A stretch of 64,000 nucleotides of DNA, taken from assembly GCA_000092065.1 (NCBI GenBank), contig CP000588.1; one strand, given 5' to 3'. The notes under the pieces were generated by a model. That model worked only from the letters and a program-made list of their open reading frames with translations. It was not told the DNA's origin and made no database searches. Each line of letters starts with the position of its first letter. The first letter of the stretch is position 1. This DNA comes from Ostreococcus lucimarinus (taxonomy: Eukaryota). This document shows, one piece after another, positions 40,264 through 49,385 of the stretch. The translations under genes were made by a program, and so were the position numbers.

Positions 40264-40378
40264 ACCGCGGGATACAAACGCCGAGCTCCGCCGGCTCCGC
40301 CGGGGGCCAAGCCATCGACGCCCGAGGACGACCGCGCCACGGGTTGAGCGCGTTGAATTATTGAGTTTATGACTTCGC
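40264..40378. repeat. Direct repeat copy 2 (~113 bp), identical to 37364..37478
   Basis: Same sequence as copy 1. Here it is not attached to a coding region. Confidence 0.85.
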
Positions 40379-40425
40379 CACCGTTCGCGTGTACCTACTG
40401 ATGTTTGTTTAATTTCTACCGTTTT

Positions 40426-41190
40426 CTAGTCCATCCCGAGAAGTCGCTTCGCCTCGTCGACGCTCGACTGAATTTCATCCACGCGCGACACGACGCGCGA
40501 CAACCGCTCGCTCAGCGACTTCCCTCGCACCGCGTCCCGCGCGCTCACCGCGGGAATCGACGCCATCGCGAGCTCTACGTCCCCCCGCCGCGTCCCGAAC
40601 GCGTCCGCGAGCGTCGGCGTCGCCCTCGACCGCTCGCGCCCTCGTCTCGGCGCCTCCACCTCATCCACGTACCGCGCGCGCCACATCTTCGGCGCGTCCC
40701 GCGCGCGCATCGCCGCGCCCGCGTCGCCGTCGTCTCCATCGCGCGCGTCGCCGTCGCGCGCGTCCATCGCGCGCGTCGTCGCGCTCGCGCCGCCGTCGCG
40801 CGCGTCCATCGCGCGCGTCATCGCATCCAGCTCCGCGTCCAGCGCCGCTTCTTCGTCGTCGAGCGCGCGCGCGTCCGTCGCGTCCGTCGCGAGACGTCTA
40901 CCCGGCGTCGCGTCGTCGTCGTCGTCGTCGTCGTCGCGCGTCGACGCGGCGCCGCGCGCGCGCGACCGCGCGAACGATTCGACGGTTCGAGCCGCGTTCG
41001 CGCGCGCGCGCGTCGTCGTCGCGCGCGCGCCGCGATTTTTCGTCAGCGCGCGAACGACGTCGCGCACGCTCTCATCGTCGTCCATCTCGCGCGCGCGCGC
41101 GCCGCGGCGCCGTCTCGCGCGCGCGCGCGACCCGGCGACGCGCGCGCGCGCGCACATCAATCTACACGCGCACTGTTTGTACATACACAC
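40426..41190 (-). CDS. Hypothetical acidic low-complexity protein (Asp/Ala/Arg-rich), coding status uncertain
   Basis: It has an ORF only, with poly-Asp and repeated MDARDG(D/G) units and no recognisable domain. Confidence 0.25.
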   Translation of the reverse strand: MCMYKQCACRLMCARARVAGSRARARRRRGARAREMDDDESVRDVVRALTKNRGARATTTRARANAARTVESFARSRARGAASTRDDDDDDDDATPGRRLATDATDARALDDEEAALDAELDAMTRAMDARDGGASATTRAMDARDGDARDGDDGDAGAAMRARDAPKMWRARYVDEVEAPRRGRERSRATPTLADAFGTRRGDVELAMASIPAVSARDAVRGKSLSERLSRVVSRVDEIQSSVDEAKRLLGMD

Positions 41191-41423
41191 TCAAATCTAT
41201 ATACACACACACTCAAACATACATACCCGCATGTCCGAAGTGTATACATATATCGAGCCTCATCCCGACGCGTCGCGCGCATACAGGCCGACGCGGAGGC
41301 GATGTGCGCGCGCGCGCGCGGCGCCGCCGGACGACCGCGGAACGCCGCGCGCGCGATTCCGCGTCACCCGCGCGCGCGCGTGACGCGAGCGCACACGCGG
41401 GCGACGCGACGAGGACGAACCGA

Positions 41424-42887
41424 ATGTCGCGATGCGCGTCGGCGCGCGCGCCCGCGCGCGACGCGCGACGACGCGACGCGCGCGCGTGGACGCGTCGCGC
41501 GCGGACCCTCGCGACGACGACGCGACGACGCGACGGCGCGCGCGCGACGCGACACCGCGCGACGACTCGAGCGCGCGCGACGACCGGGGATGATCCCGAC
41601 GCGCCCACGGCCGGGTTCGCGGCCGTCGCGGACGCGCTCGAGGACGTGGCGAAGGGGAAATTCGTCGTCGTGCTGGACGACGAGGACAGGGAGAACGAGG
41701 GGGACTTGATTGGGGCGGCGGATAAGATGACGGCGGAGTCGCTGGCGTTCATGATTCGACACACGAGCGGGTTGGTGTGCGTGAGTCTTGAGGATTCGAG
41801 GGCGGACGCGCTGGATCTGCCGCTGATGGTGGATTCGCAGAGTAATAAGGATGCGATGAAGACGGCGTTTACGGTGAGCGTGGATTTGGCGACGAGCACG
41901 ACGGGGATATCGGCGAGCGAAAGAGCGATGACGATCAACGCGCTGGGATCGGATGAGACGACGGCGGCGGCGTTCGTGAGACCGGGACACGTGTTTCCGT
42001 TGAGATATCGCGCGGGTGGGGTGCTGAAACGGGCGGGACACACCGAGGCGGCGGTGGACTTGGCGCGCATGGCGGGGTCGTCCCCCGTGGGCGTGTTGTG
42101 CGAAATCGTCAACGACGAGGATGGGTCCATGGCGCGGTTGCCTCAGCTCAAAGTTTTCGCGGAGAAGCATGGGTTGAAGATGGTTCTCATCTCTGATATG
42201 ATTCGGTATCGTCGCGCGCGAGAAAAGATGGTTGAGCGCACCGCCGTCGCGCGGTTGCCCACCGAGTACGGCAACTTTACGTGCGTGTCTTACAAGAACA
42301 CTCTCGATGGTCACGAGCACGTGGCTTTTCTGTACGGCGAGCACGAAGGCGACGTATCCGGTGCTGTGGGTGAAGACATGCTCGTGCGCGTGCACAGCGA
42401 GTGTTTGACTGGGGATATTTTCAAAAGCGCGAGATGCGACTGCGGCAACCAGCTCGACATGGCGATGCGACGCATCGCCGGCGAGGGCAAAGGGTGCATC
42501 GTGTACTTGCGCGGACAAGAAGGTCGTGGTATCGGTCTCGGTCACAAATTGCGCGCGTACAACTTACAGGATGAAGGACGCGACACGGTTCAGGCGAACG
42601 AGGATCTCGGCTTTCCCGCAGACACGCGCGAGTACGGCGTCGGCGCGCAAATTTTACAAGATCTCGGCGTCACGTCTCTTCGCTTGATGACCAATAATCC
42701 GGCCAAATACAACGGTTTGAGCGGTTACGGTTTGAAAGTCACCGGTCGCGTGCCGCTTTTCGCTCCAGTCACGATGGAAAACAAGAGATACATCGACACG
42801 AAGAGAATGAAGATGGGTCACTTGTTCGAGATGCTCGAAGGCGTCGAACCGTCGCAAGCGGAGTCCGAACAAAAGCCGTCGCGATGA
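41424..42887 (+). CDS. RIBA: Bifunctional riboflavin biosynthesis protein RibBA (3,4-dihydroxy-2-butanone-4-phosphate synthase plus GTP cyclohydrolase II), plastid-targeted
   Basis: The RibB half has DEDRENEGDLIGAADKMTAESLAFMIRHTSGLVCV and RPGHVFPL. The RibA half has RVHSECLTGDIFKSARCDCGNQL (zinc-binding Cys triad), VYLRGQEGRGIGL and QANEDLGF. There is an R/A/T-rich presequence. The first ATG is at 41424. Confidence 0.85.
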   Translation: MSRCASARAPARDARRRDARAWTRRARTLATTTRRRDGARATRHRATTRARATTGDDPDAPTAGFAAVADALEDVAKGKFVVVLDDEDRENEGDLIGAADKMTAESLAFMIRHTSGLVCVSLEDSRADALDLPLMVDSQSNKDAMKTAFTVSVDLATSTTGISASERAMTINALGSDETTAAAFVRPGHVFPLRYRAGGVLKRAGHTEAAVDLARMAGSSPVGVLCEIVNDEDGSMARLPQLKVFAEKHGLKMVLISDMIRYRRAREKMVERTAVARLPTEYGNFTCVSYKNTLDGHEHVAFLYGEHEGDVSGAVGEDMLVRVHSECLTGDIFKSARCDCGNQLDMAMRRIAGEGKGCIVYLRGQEGRGIGLGHKLRAYNLQDEGRDTVQANEDLGFPADTREYGVGAQILQDLGVTSLRLMTNNPAKYNGLSGYGLKVTGRVPLFAPVTMENKRYIDTKRMKMGHLFEMLEGVEPSQAESEQKPSR

Positions 42888-43066
42888 GGAGGGGAGAGAG
42901 TTTAAAGCACAAAATTATTTTTTAATAACGCTTCCTTGCTTGCTTCCTTGCTCGCTTGCTGGCTTGCGTAACGTACTTTAGTAGATGATTTGTGAAGGAA
43001 GTTACTATATTACAAAAACGTTTCGAATGTCGGCGTCGCGAAAAATTGAGGCGATAGCGTGGTCGT

Positions 43067-44452
43067 TTATTTTGACAAATACCGCGACCCTTCGTGCCAA
43101 GACGACGCTACCATATTGTTGCTGATACTCAGCGATCTACGTATGCTGCTGGCTTCGTGTTCGTGTCGATCTACGGACACGCGCGAAGCCGAGTTAGGGT
43201 GTACCTGAGACTTGTCGCCTCCGCTACTTGCGGGCGAAATGGACGCGTTGAGCGAACGCAGCTCTTTGGACAGCGAAGAAAATCCTAACATTCCGCCACC
43301 CGCTTTCACCACCTTCGATATTTCATCGGATTTCGGCGTGGGCGAGCGCGGTGGGGTAGGAATTCCGTTGGGGTCCTTTTCCGAGCCGAGCTCGGACAGG
43401 CTCCCCGTGCGCCGAACAGCTTTCTTCGTCGGCGAAAGCGCTGGATGCATGCCTTCGAGATTCACCTCGGACGACGTTCTCGCGCTTTTATCGAAACTTA
43501 AGATCGTGTCGCAAAGTTCTTCGAGACATCTGAACTCGATCTCCAACACCGGCGAGTCGCTCGAGTTCGGTCTCTTGGACGGCGAGCACGGCTCGTGCAT
43601 GGGATCGCCCGGGCGTTTGCCTTCGTTCAGACTTCGCAATAAATCTTCTCGCGTGCATCGTCCTTTGGTCGGTCTCGTCGGATGAGCGACAATCATGCAA
43701 TTCGGTGGGCACAGCTGCCAGTTTGCCAGTCCCGTCATGCTCAGCGGTTCGCTCGAAACCAACAGCGACTGCGTCGCAAAAATCTTCTTTTGCAGAATGG
43801 TTTGGAAAGCCGGATTTCGGCGCTGACGCGGACCGCCCGTATTTCTGTGAATGTCCCTATCGACCAAACGATCGAACCCGGCTAAACCTTCGGCGTTATC
43901 TAAATCCCAAGCCTTCTCCCCCGGCATCGGACCGAGGTGAAAATACAAACTCGGCGGCTCCTCGTGCGACGAGTTGCGATAACGCGTGGCGATGATGGTT
44001 TCCCCATCCGTCAACGCGATATTTATCGAGTTCGCCTGCCCTTTGTTCGCCTTGATGATGATGCATATCGCCTTAAACACCGCTTTCTCCAACGTCTTCG
44101 GCTCACACTTTTCGTACACGCTTGGCAGCTCGTTCAAAATCAAAGAAAACACCAACTCGCTATCCGTCGTGCCGCTGATTTGATCAAACAAGTCGTCTCG
44201 CAGGTGCCCTAACAGTTTCCGCCGAATCGACTTAAACTCCGCCACATCGCCGTTGTGCATGAACATGTACCGTCCCCTGACGAAAGGATGACAATTATAC
44301 TGATGCACGCTCGCCCCCGGCCCCGCCGCGCGCACGTGTCCGAACAACAACGACGCGTTGAGCGACTTGCTCAGCGACCTCAAATTTCTATCGTGCGACG
44401 GCGCGCACACCGTCGTGTACACCGCCGGCCTGCAGTACGCGTCCAATCCGTT
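43067..44452 (-). CDS. Class-II (Ntn-hydrolase) glutamine amidotransferase, YafJ/EgtC-like, exon 2, with a long Ser-rich C-terminal extension
   Basis: It has HVRAAGPGASVHQYNCHPFVRGRYMFMHNGDVAEFKSIRRKL (the R..N.HPF...HNG core) and SELVFSLIL. The track ORF starts MVDKNG with no upstream Met-Cys, so exon 1 is needed (next feature). The acceptor AAG|AACGGA is approximate. Confidence 0.55.
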   Translation of the reverse strand, partial: NGLDAYCRPAVYTTVCAPSHDRNLRSLSKSLNASLLFGHVRAAGPGASVHQYNCHPFVRGRYMFMHNGDVAEFKSIRRKLLGHLRDDLFDQISGTTDSELVFSLILNELPSVYEKCEPKTLEKAVFKAICIIIKANKGQANSINIALTDGETIIATRYRNSSHEEPPSLYFHLGPMPGEKAWDLDNAEGLAGFDRLVDRDIHRNTGGPRQRRNPAFQTILQKKIFATQSLLVSSEPLSMTGLANWQLCPPNCMIVAHPTRPTKGRCTREDLLRSLNEGKRPGDPMHEPCSPSKRPNSSDSPVLEIEFRCLEELCDTILSFDKSARTSSEVNLEGMHPALSPTKKAVRRTGSLSELGSEKDPNGIPTPPRSPTPKSDEISKVVKAGGGMLGFSSLSKELRSLNASISPASSGGDKSQVHPNSASRVSVDRHEHEASSIRRSLSISNNMVASSWHEGSRYLSK

Positions 44453-44745
44453 CTTATCCACCATCCCACACCGCGTCGCCGCGTACCATCCGATCCCTGT
44501 TCACCGTCGTCGCGCGTCGCGTTCGTCAGTCCTTCGTCCCTCGCCTTCGTCCGTCCTTCGCTCGCGCGCGCGTCCCGCCCCCGTCCCGCGTCCCGCGTCC
44601 CATCCTCGTCCGTCGTCCCGCCGTCATCGCGCGCTCGCCGAGCGCTCGAGCCGCGCGACGCGGAGTCTCTCCTCGCGTTCGCCCCGTCGTTTTCGCGCGC
44701 GCGCGCCTCGTCGTCGCGTCACGCACCGCATCCGTGCACGTTCAC

Positions 44746-44886
44746 CTCGTGATTCCGCTCGGCGTCGCGCGCGCATCCCGGCGTCCATCCCGCGCTGTCC
44801 GCCATCGTCGCCAGCCCGTGGGAGGCGCCGTAGATGAGCTTGGAGATGCACACCTCCTCGCCGTAGTAGAAGATCCATCGGCACAT
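44746..44886 (-). CDS. Class-II glutamine amidotransferase, exon 1 with the catalytic N-terminal Cys
   Basis: The minus-strand frame reads MCRWIFYYGEEVCISKLIYGASHGLATMADSAGWTPGCARDAERNHE, the Met-Cys start typical of Ntn amidotransferases. It is followed by a GTGAAC/GTGCGT-type donor. Splice positions are approximate. Confidence 0.45.
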
Positions 44887-44954
44887 CGCGCGCGCGGCGG
44901 CGAGTGCGGGCGCGGCACCGTCGGCAGAGCGCGACGCGGCGCGGCGCGACGACG

Positions 44955-44960
<6 letters not shown>

Positions 44961-45024
<64 letters not shown>
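44961..45024. repeat. (GAC)n microsatellite, about 18 units, in the divergent promoter/5'UTR region between the GATase and SURF2 genes
   Basis: It reads gacggcgacggcgac(gac)n. Confidence 0.8.
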
Positions 45025-45026
<2 letters not shown>

Positions 45027-45049
45027 GGACGCGCGACGCGACGCGCGCG

Positions 45050-45895
45050 ATGCGCGAGGCCGAGGACGACGCCGCCGTCGCGCGACTTCGGCGCGAGTTC
45101 CCGCGCGCGACGCTCGCGATGCGACGCGACGGCGACGACGACGACGCGCGGACGACGGTGACGTGCGAGGAGACGTCGCACGCGGTGTCGTGGACGGGCG
45201 AGACGCGCGAGGTCGGGGAGCGAGCGATGCGCGCTCACCTGGGCGGGAAAAAATTCGCGAAGGCGACGGCGAGGGCGGCGCGCGAGGCGGATTTGAAGCA
45301 GTACGAACCGCACATCGTGCCGAGCGCGTACAGGAGTGGATACGTGTTTTGTAGACTCACGGGAGCGCGCGTGCGGGCGAGCGAGGAGGCGGTGGTGAGA
45401 CACGCGAGCGGACGGCGGTTCGAACGAGCGCACGCGGCGGCGGCGGCGGGACGGACGACGCCGTTGGAGGAGAAGGATCCGGTCGTCGAGGAAGCGGCGC
45501 GCGAGGCGGATCGAGAGGCGCAACTCGCGCGGGCGAGTGTGAATAAGGCGGCGAAGGAGGCGCGCGCGGAGAAGATGCAGATGGAGAAGGAGGCGAAGAA
45601 ATCGGAGAAGGAGGCGGCTCGCAGACGCAAGCGCGAAGCCGGCGGCTTCGACGACGAGATGGGGTGCTGGGTGCCGCCGAGTCACGTTATCGACAGCGAA
45701 GACGACGACGAGAGCGAAGACGACGACGAGGACGACGAGGACGAGACGCACGGGCAGAATGATTTAGAGGATGACTTTTACGAAGACGCGAGCGATTCGA
45801 GCGACGAAGACGACGACGACTTAGCCGCCATCGTGGTCGCCCCTGGGTCGAGAAAGCGCGCTCGCGAGACGACTACAACAACGGCGAAAAAATAG
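45050..45895 (+). CDS. SURF2: Surfeit locus protein 2 (SURF2) homolog
   Basis: VARLRREFPRATLA matches SURF2 VRAFLREHPSLRLQ. YEPHIVPSAYRSGYVFCRLTG...VRHASGRRFERA matches EFEPHIVPS...FCKLT...LRHTQGRRYQRA. The C-terminal tail is acidic with poly-D/E. Confidence 0.7.
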   Translation: MREAEDDAAVARLRREFPRATLAMRRDGDDDDARTTVTCEETSHAVSWTGETREVGERAMRAHLGGKKFAKATARAAREADLKQYEPHIVPSAYRSGYVFCRLTGARVRASEEAVVRHASGRRFERAHAAAAAGRTTPLEEKDPVVEEAAREADREAQLARASVNKAAKEARAEKMQMEKEAKKSEKEAARRRKREAGGFDDEMGCWVPPSHVIDSEDDDESEDDDEDDEDETHGQNDLEDDFYEDASDSSDEDDDDLAAIVVAPGSRKRARETTTTTAKK

Positions 45896-46051
45896 TCGCG
45901 ATCGATTGTCATGCGCGCAGCGCGCGCCGGTGTGGAGGTAGAACTTCATGAATAGTATCGCGACGCCTCGTAGAAATTTCTTCAACCGCTTCGCATTCGC
46001 GCGTCTCCTCATTCCGCTGCGCGCCGACCGCGCCGACGGCGGACGCGCGCG

Positions 46052-49000
46052 ATGCGTCTAGACGAACTGCGCGTCCCGCCTCTCGGCCTCGTCCTCGCCT
46101 TGGGGCGTCCAGATTTGCACGAAGAGTGCGCGCGCGTTCTCAGAAATCTCAAGCCTCCGCTCGGATTAACGACGCGCGACGACATCGCGGACGCCCCCGA
46201 TGCGTTGAAAGCGCGCGCGCGCAAGCGATCCGTCAAGGTGTCGCTGCGCGAGCGCGTCGGGCCGGGCGGCGGGGCCTCCGGTGATGCGCTGCAGTCGTCT
46301 GGTAGGGACGATCGCGGCGCGGCGACGGCGACGGCGACGACGACGGCGAGCGGCGGATTCCGTCGAACACCCGCGCTTCCGGGAATGATAAAGCGGTCGT
46401 GGTTGAAGAAACATAAAGATGAACGCCCGGTTGTGGTGATGGCGCTGATCGATAACGAGGCGTTGGAAAATTCGTCGACGACGAGACGAGCGCTGGAGAG
46501 CTCGCTGGAGAAGCTGTACGGATACGCGCACAACGCAGGGGCGTCGTGCTGCGTCGTCGTAGTAGCGTGTGGGCCTGGATTGCCGGAAACGTTACCGGAG
46601 GATAAAGCGGCGGTGATTCGACGGGTGCTACGCGTGGAAAATCGCGCCATCGTGACGCTGAATACGGCGCACGGTCGCGACGCGGCGTGGAGCAAAGCGG
46701 CGAGGGTGGCACAAGAATTGGCGGTGAAGAATTATGAGAGCGAGTGCGAACGTCTGACATTGCTTGCAAGTGAGTCGACGTGTCCTCGGGGGTTGAAAGT
46801 GCGGTACGCGTTCAAAGCAGGAGTGTACGCGGAGTTTAGACAGGATTGGACCACGGCTGTTCGGCGATATCGCTTGGCGTATGATTCCATACCAGACGTG
46901 ACTCCAGACGTGACGCCGCAAGATGTGATTGAAACACTTGAAGTGAGCCAAGTGCTACACGTGAAACTGTGCGTTCTACTATTACACAGTGGTTCGTCGG
47001 TGGAGGCTGTGCATCAAATCGAGGAGCACATGCGCCGATGGTCGACGGCGCCTCTCAAGGCGTTACCGCGAGAAGCTTTGCCGACGTTTCACCGCTGGCG
47101 CTCTCACCAGTACGACGTGTTCGGTGATTTGCTTAATGGACGTTTACCCGCACCAGCTCCCGTTGGTACACCGCGCACGCATTTGCCGGCGTTTTACTTT
47201 CACGCCGCAGCGCACTGTTCCATTGAGCGTCGACAAGCTTTCGACGACGTAGTCGACTCGAACGAAGTGCCCGAGATGGAAGTGAAGGTTGAACATGCAT
47301 CATTCGTCGGGCAATTAAAAGTCGCCGGCACGGACGATGAGCCTTTGACTGCAGAGCAATACATGACGTACCTTCGTGTCAAGGACACGCGCGACGACAT
47401 CTCTCGCGAGACGATCGAACTTTTGACCAAAGCACATGATCATTACAAGACAAACTCGGCGGGTACCGCGGGTGGACGCACGTTCGCAACGCTCATTCGC
47501 GAACTCGCAAACGAGTATTTGCACGCGGGAGACTATGAAAGCGCACTCAAGCTGTTCAAAACCGTTGCCGTGGTGTATAGACGCGAAAAGTGGAACGAGT
47601 TGCTGTGCTCTGTGCTCATGAATCTCAAGACGTGCGCCAAAGCGCTTCGAGACAACGAAGAGTACTTGAACATTTGCCTCGAGATGGCTGCTTTGCACGA
47701 AGCCACCGACGAGCACGCGCCTTCTGCGTTTGCGGCTGCGCTCGCGGCTATGAACGAACCGCGCGGGGAAGATGAAGACGCGCCGACGATTACCTGCGAA
47801 GACAACCTCAGCCATACATTCATACTCAAGGCTGGCTTCTCGACGAGCGATTGCGTCCCGGGAGAGCCGGTCAAGTTCCACGTCGCCTTAAGATCAAACT
47901 TTGCGGGTGATCTGGACGTCACTCACATCGATGTTGATTTCACCGAACTGGACGCGTACGAATTGAGCGATGCAACTCCTCGAACGTTGCGCTCGAATGA
48001 ATGGTTGAAAATCGATTTCGAAGTCATCCCAAAGTGTGGGTACGTGTGCGAGGCGAATTCTTTGACGATCACGACGGTGTCAGGGTACGAACTAGTTCTT
48101 CCGTTCACAACGCAAACGAGCGATTGTTCAGTGATGAATGCAGATTACGAATCCCTGCCTGCGTCAGTGCTCAAGATGAAAATCAAGACGCACATCCTGG
48201 ACGTGAGCGACGCACCTCCGCGTGCGTCGATTTCAATGAGAACGCCTGATGGTCCGGCGCTCGTGGGTGAGATGTCGCGTGTAATCATCACCGTTTTAAG
48301 CGTTGCGGATGAAATCGAGGAAGGTGAACTCGCGTTGGTCGTCATAGAAGGCGACAAACCGTCTAAGAATGTTCAGATTCTTACGGACTCAGGCGACGTG
48401 ATTAAGGATGGTAAAATTATCGTCGGCGACATCGCACTTCGCGAGAAATGGACAGGGATGATTTGTTTGCGATGGACAGGTGAATGTCCGCCCGCCGCCC
48501 TACACGCGTCGCTCACGGCGAAACGAACAGGGGCGCGAATGACGGAGCTCTTCAAGGACAAGCCGCGCACGGCGCCCGTGGAGAATGTGGCGCAAATATC
48601 TTGCGATGCACCTTTCACTGTCAAGCGCGCGTATCTTCCGGCGTACCGACAATCGCCATTAGTCCTTCAGGAAGACAAGTGCTCCAAGTCGCCGCCGGTG
48701 GGTGTCATGCTCGCCACGCTTCACGTCGGCGGACCAGCTGAGATAACCCTCGACGGCGTACAGAGTCACGACACCAAGGATCCCACAAACACGATGGCGC
48801 TCGCAACGACGGAGACGAGGTCTGACGCCACGCTTTACGATGGCGATGCATTCTTGCACGTGATCCCGCTCCGTTCACACGAACACGGCGAAGACGCTAT
48901 TCGCGTCATGTGGCATCGCACTCACGGAGATTCCAGATGTGTGAAAGGCGTTCCGACGGTAATTTTAAACGAGTACTGCTTGCCAAACGTCACTGGTTCG

Positions 49001-49330
49001 CAACCGCCCCTTGTGGTGGAGCTCAGGTGTCCGCCAAAACTTTTCGTTGGCGATCCATTCACGTACGAAGTACGCGTCTCGAACGCCACGACGGCGAACT
49101 ATGACATTAAGATATCCGTTACGGATAGCACGGGGTTTGTGTTCGCAGGAATAAAGCGCGGTACAATGTACGTGCCTCCGTTGTCCACGGCGTCGTTTTA
49201 CTTTTTACTTGTTCCGATTGTCACCGGAAGCGCCATCCTTCCCGAGTTGTCGCTCGGCGCCGAGCGCTTCTCCGCGACATTCGTGCCGCCCATCGAATCG
49301 CGTCGAGTGATCGTGCGGCCGAAGTACTAG
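46052..49330 (+). CDS. TRAPPC11: Trafficking protein particle complex subunit 11 (TRAPPC11, Foie-gras/Gryzun) homolog
   Basis: The N-terminal WLKKHKDERPVVVMALID...VRRYRLAYDSI matches GWMNKHLNLVPALVVVF...LKNYRTAYNLV. GDYESALKLFKTVAVVYRREKWNELLCSVLMNLKTCAKAL matches TRAPPC11 [40 protein letters not shown]. Confidence 0.8.
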   Translation: MRLDELRVPPLGLVLALGRPDLHEECARVLRNLKPPLGLTTRDDIADAPDALKARARKRSVKVSLRERVGPGGGASGDALQSSGRDDRGAATATATTTASGGFRRTPALPGMIKRSWLKKHKDERPVVVMALIDNEALENSSTTRRALESSLEKLYGYAHNAGASCCVVVVACGPGLPETLPEDKAAVIRRVLRVENRAIVTLNTAHGRDAAWSKAARVAQELAVKNYESECERLTLLASESTCPRGLKVRYAFKAGVYAEFRQDWTTAVRRYRLAYDSIPDVTPDVTPQDVIETLEVSQVLHVKLCVLLLHSGSSVEAVHQIEEHMRRWSTAPLKALPREALPTFHRWRSHQYDVFGDLLNGRLPAPAPVGTPRTHLPAFYFHAAAHCSIERRQAFDDVVDSNEVPEMEVKVEHASFVGQLKVAGTDDEPLTAEQYMTYLRVKDTRDDISRETIELLTKAHDHYKTNSAGTAGGRTFATLIRELANEYLHAGDYESALKLFKTVAVVYRREKWNELLCSVLMNLKTCAKALRDNEEYLNICLEMAALHEATDEHAPSAFAAALAAMNEPRGEDEDAPTITCEDNLSHTFILKAGFSTSDCVPGEPVKFHVALRSNFAGDLDVTHIDVDFTELDAYELSDATPRTLRSNEWLKIDFEVIPKCGYVCEANSLTITTVSGYELVLPFTTQTSDCSVMNADYESLPASVLKMKIKTHILDVSDAPPRASISMRTPDGPALVGEMSRVIITVLSVADEIEEGELALVVIEGDKPSKNVQILTDSGDVIKDGKIIVGDIALREKWTGMICLRWTGECPPAALHASLTAKRTGARMTELFKDKPRTAPVENVAQISCDAPFTVKRAYLPAYRQSPLVLQEDKCSKSPPVGVMLATLHVGGPAEITLDGVQSHDTKDPTNTMALATTETRSDATLYDGDAFLHVIPLRSHEHGEDAIRVMWHRTHGDSRCVKGVPTVILNEYCLPNVTGSQPPLVVELRCPPKLFVGDPFTYEVRVSNATTANYDIKISVTDSTGFVFAGIKRGTMYVPPLSTASFYFLLVPIVTGSAILPELSLGAERFSATFVPPIESRRVIVRPKY

Positions 49331-49385
49331 AATAGCAGTTTAGACATAGTGTAGCGATAGTATCACACGCGTCCGTAGAGGTGTT

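Noticed and set aside
40046-40372. 108-aa ORF whose tail duplicates the tail of ORF 37138..37470
   Set aside because: The shared tail is simply the 113-bp direct repeat read in a non-coding frame. The N-terminal part lies in island UTR-like sequence.
41364-42545. 393-aa minus ORF
   Set aside because: It is antisense to the RibBA gene, which has unambiguous catalytic motifs on the plus strand.
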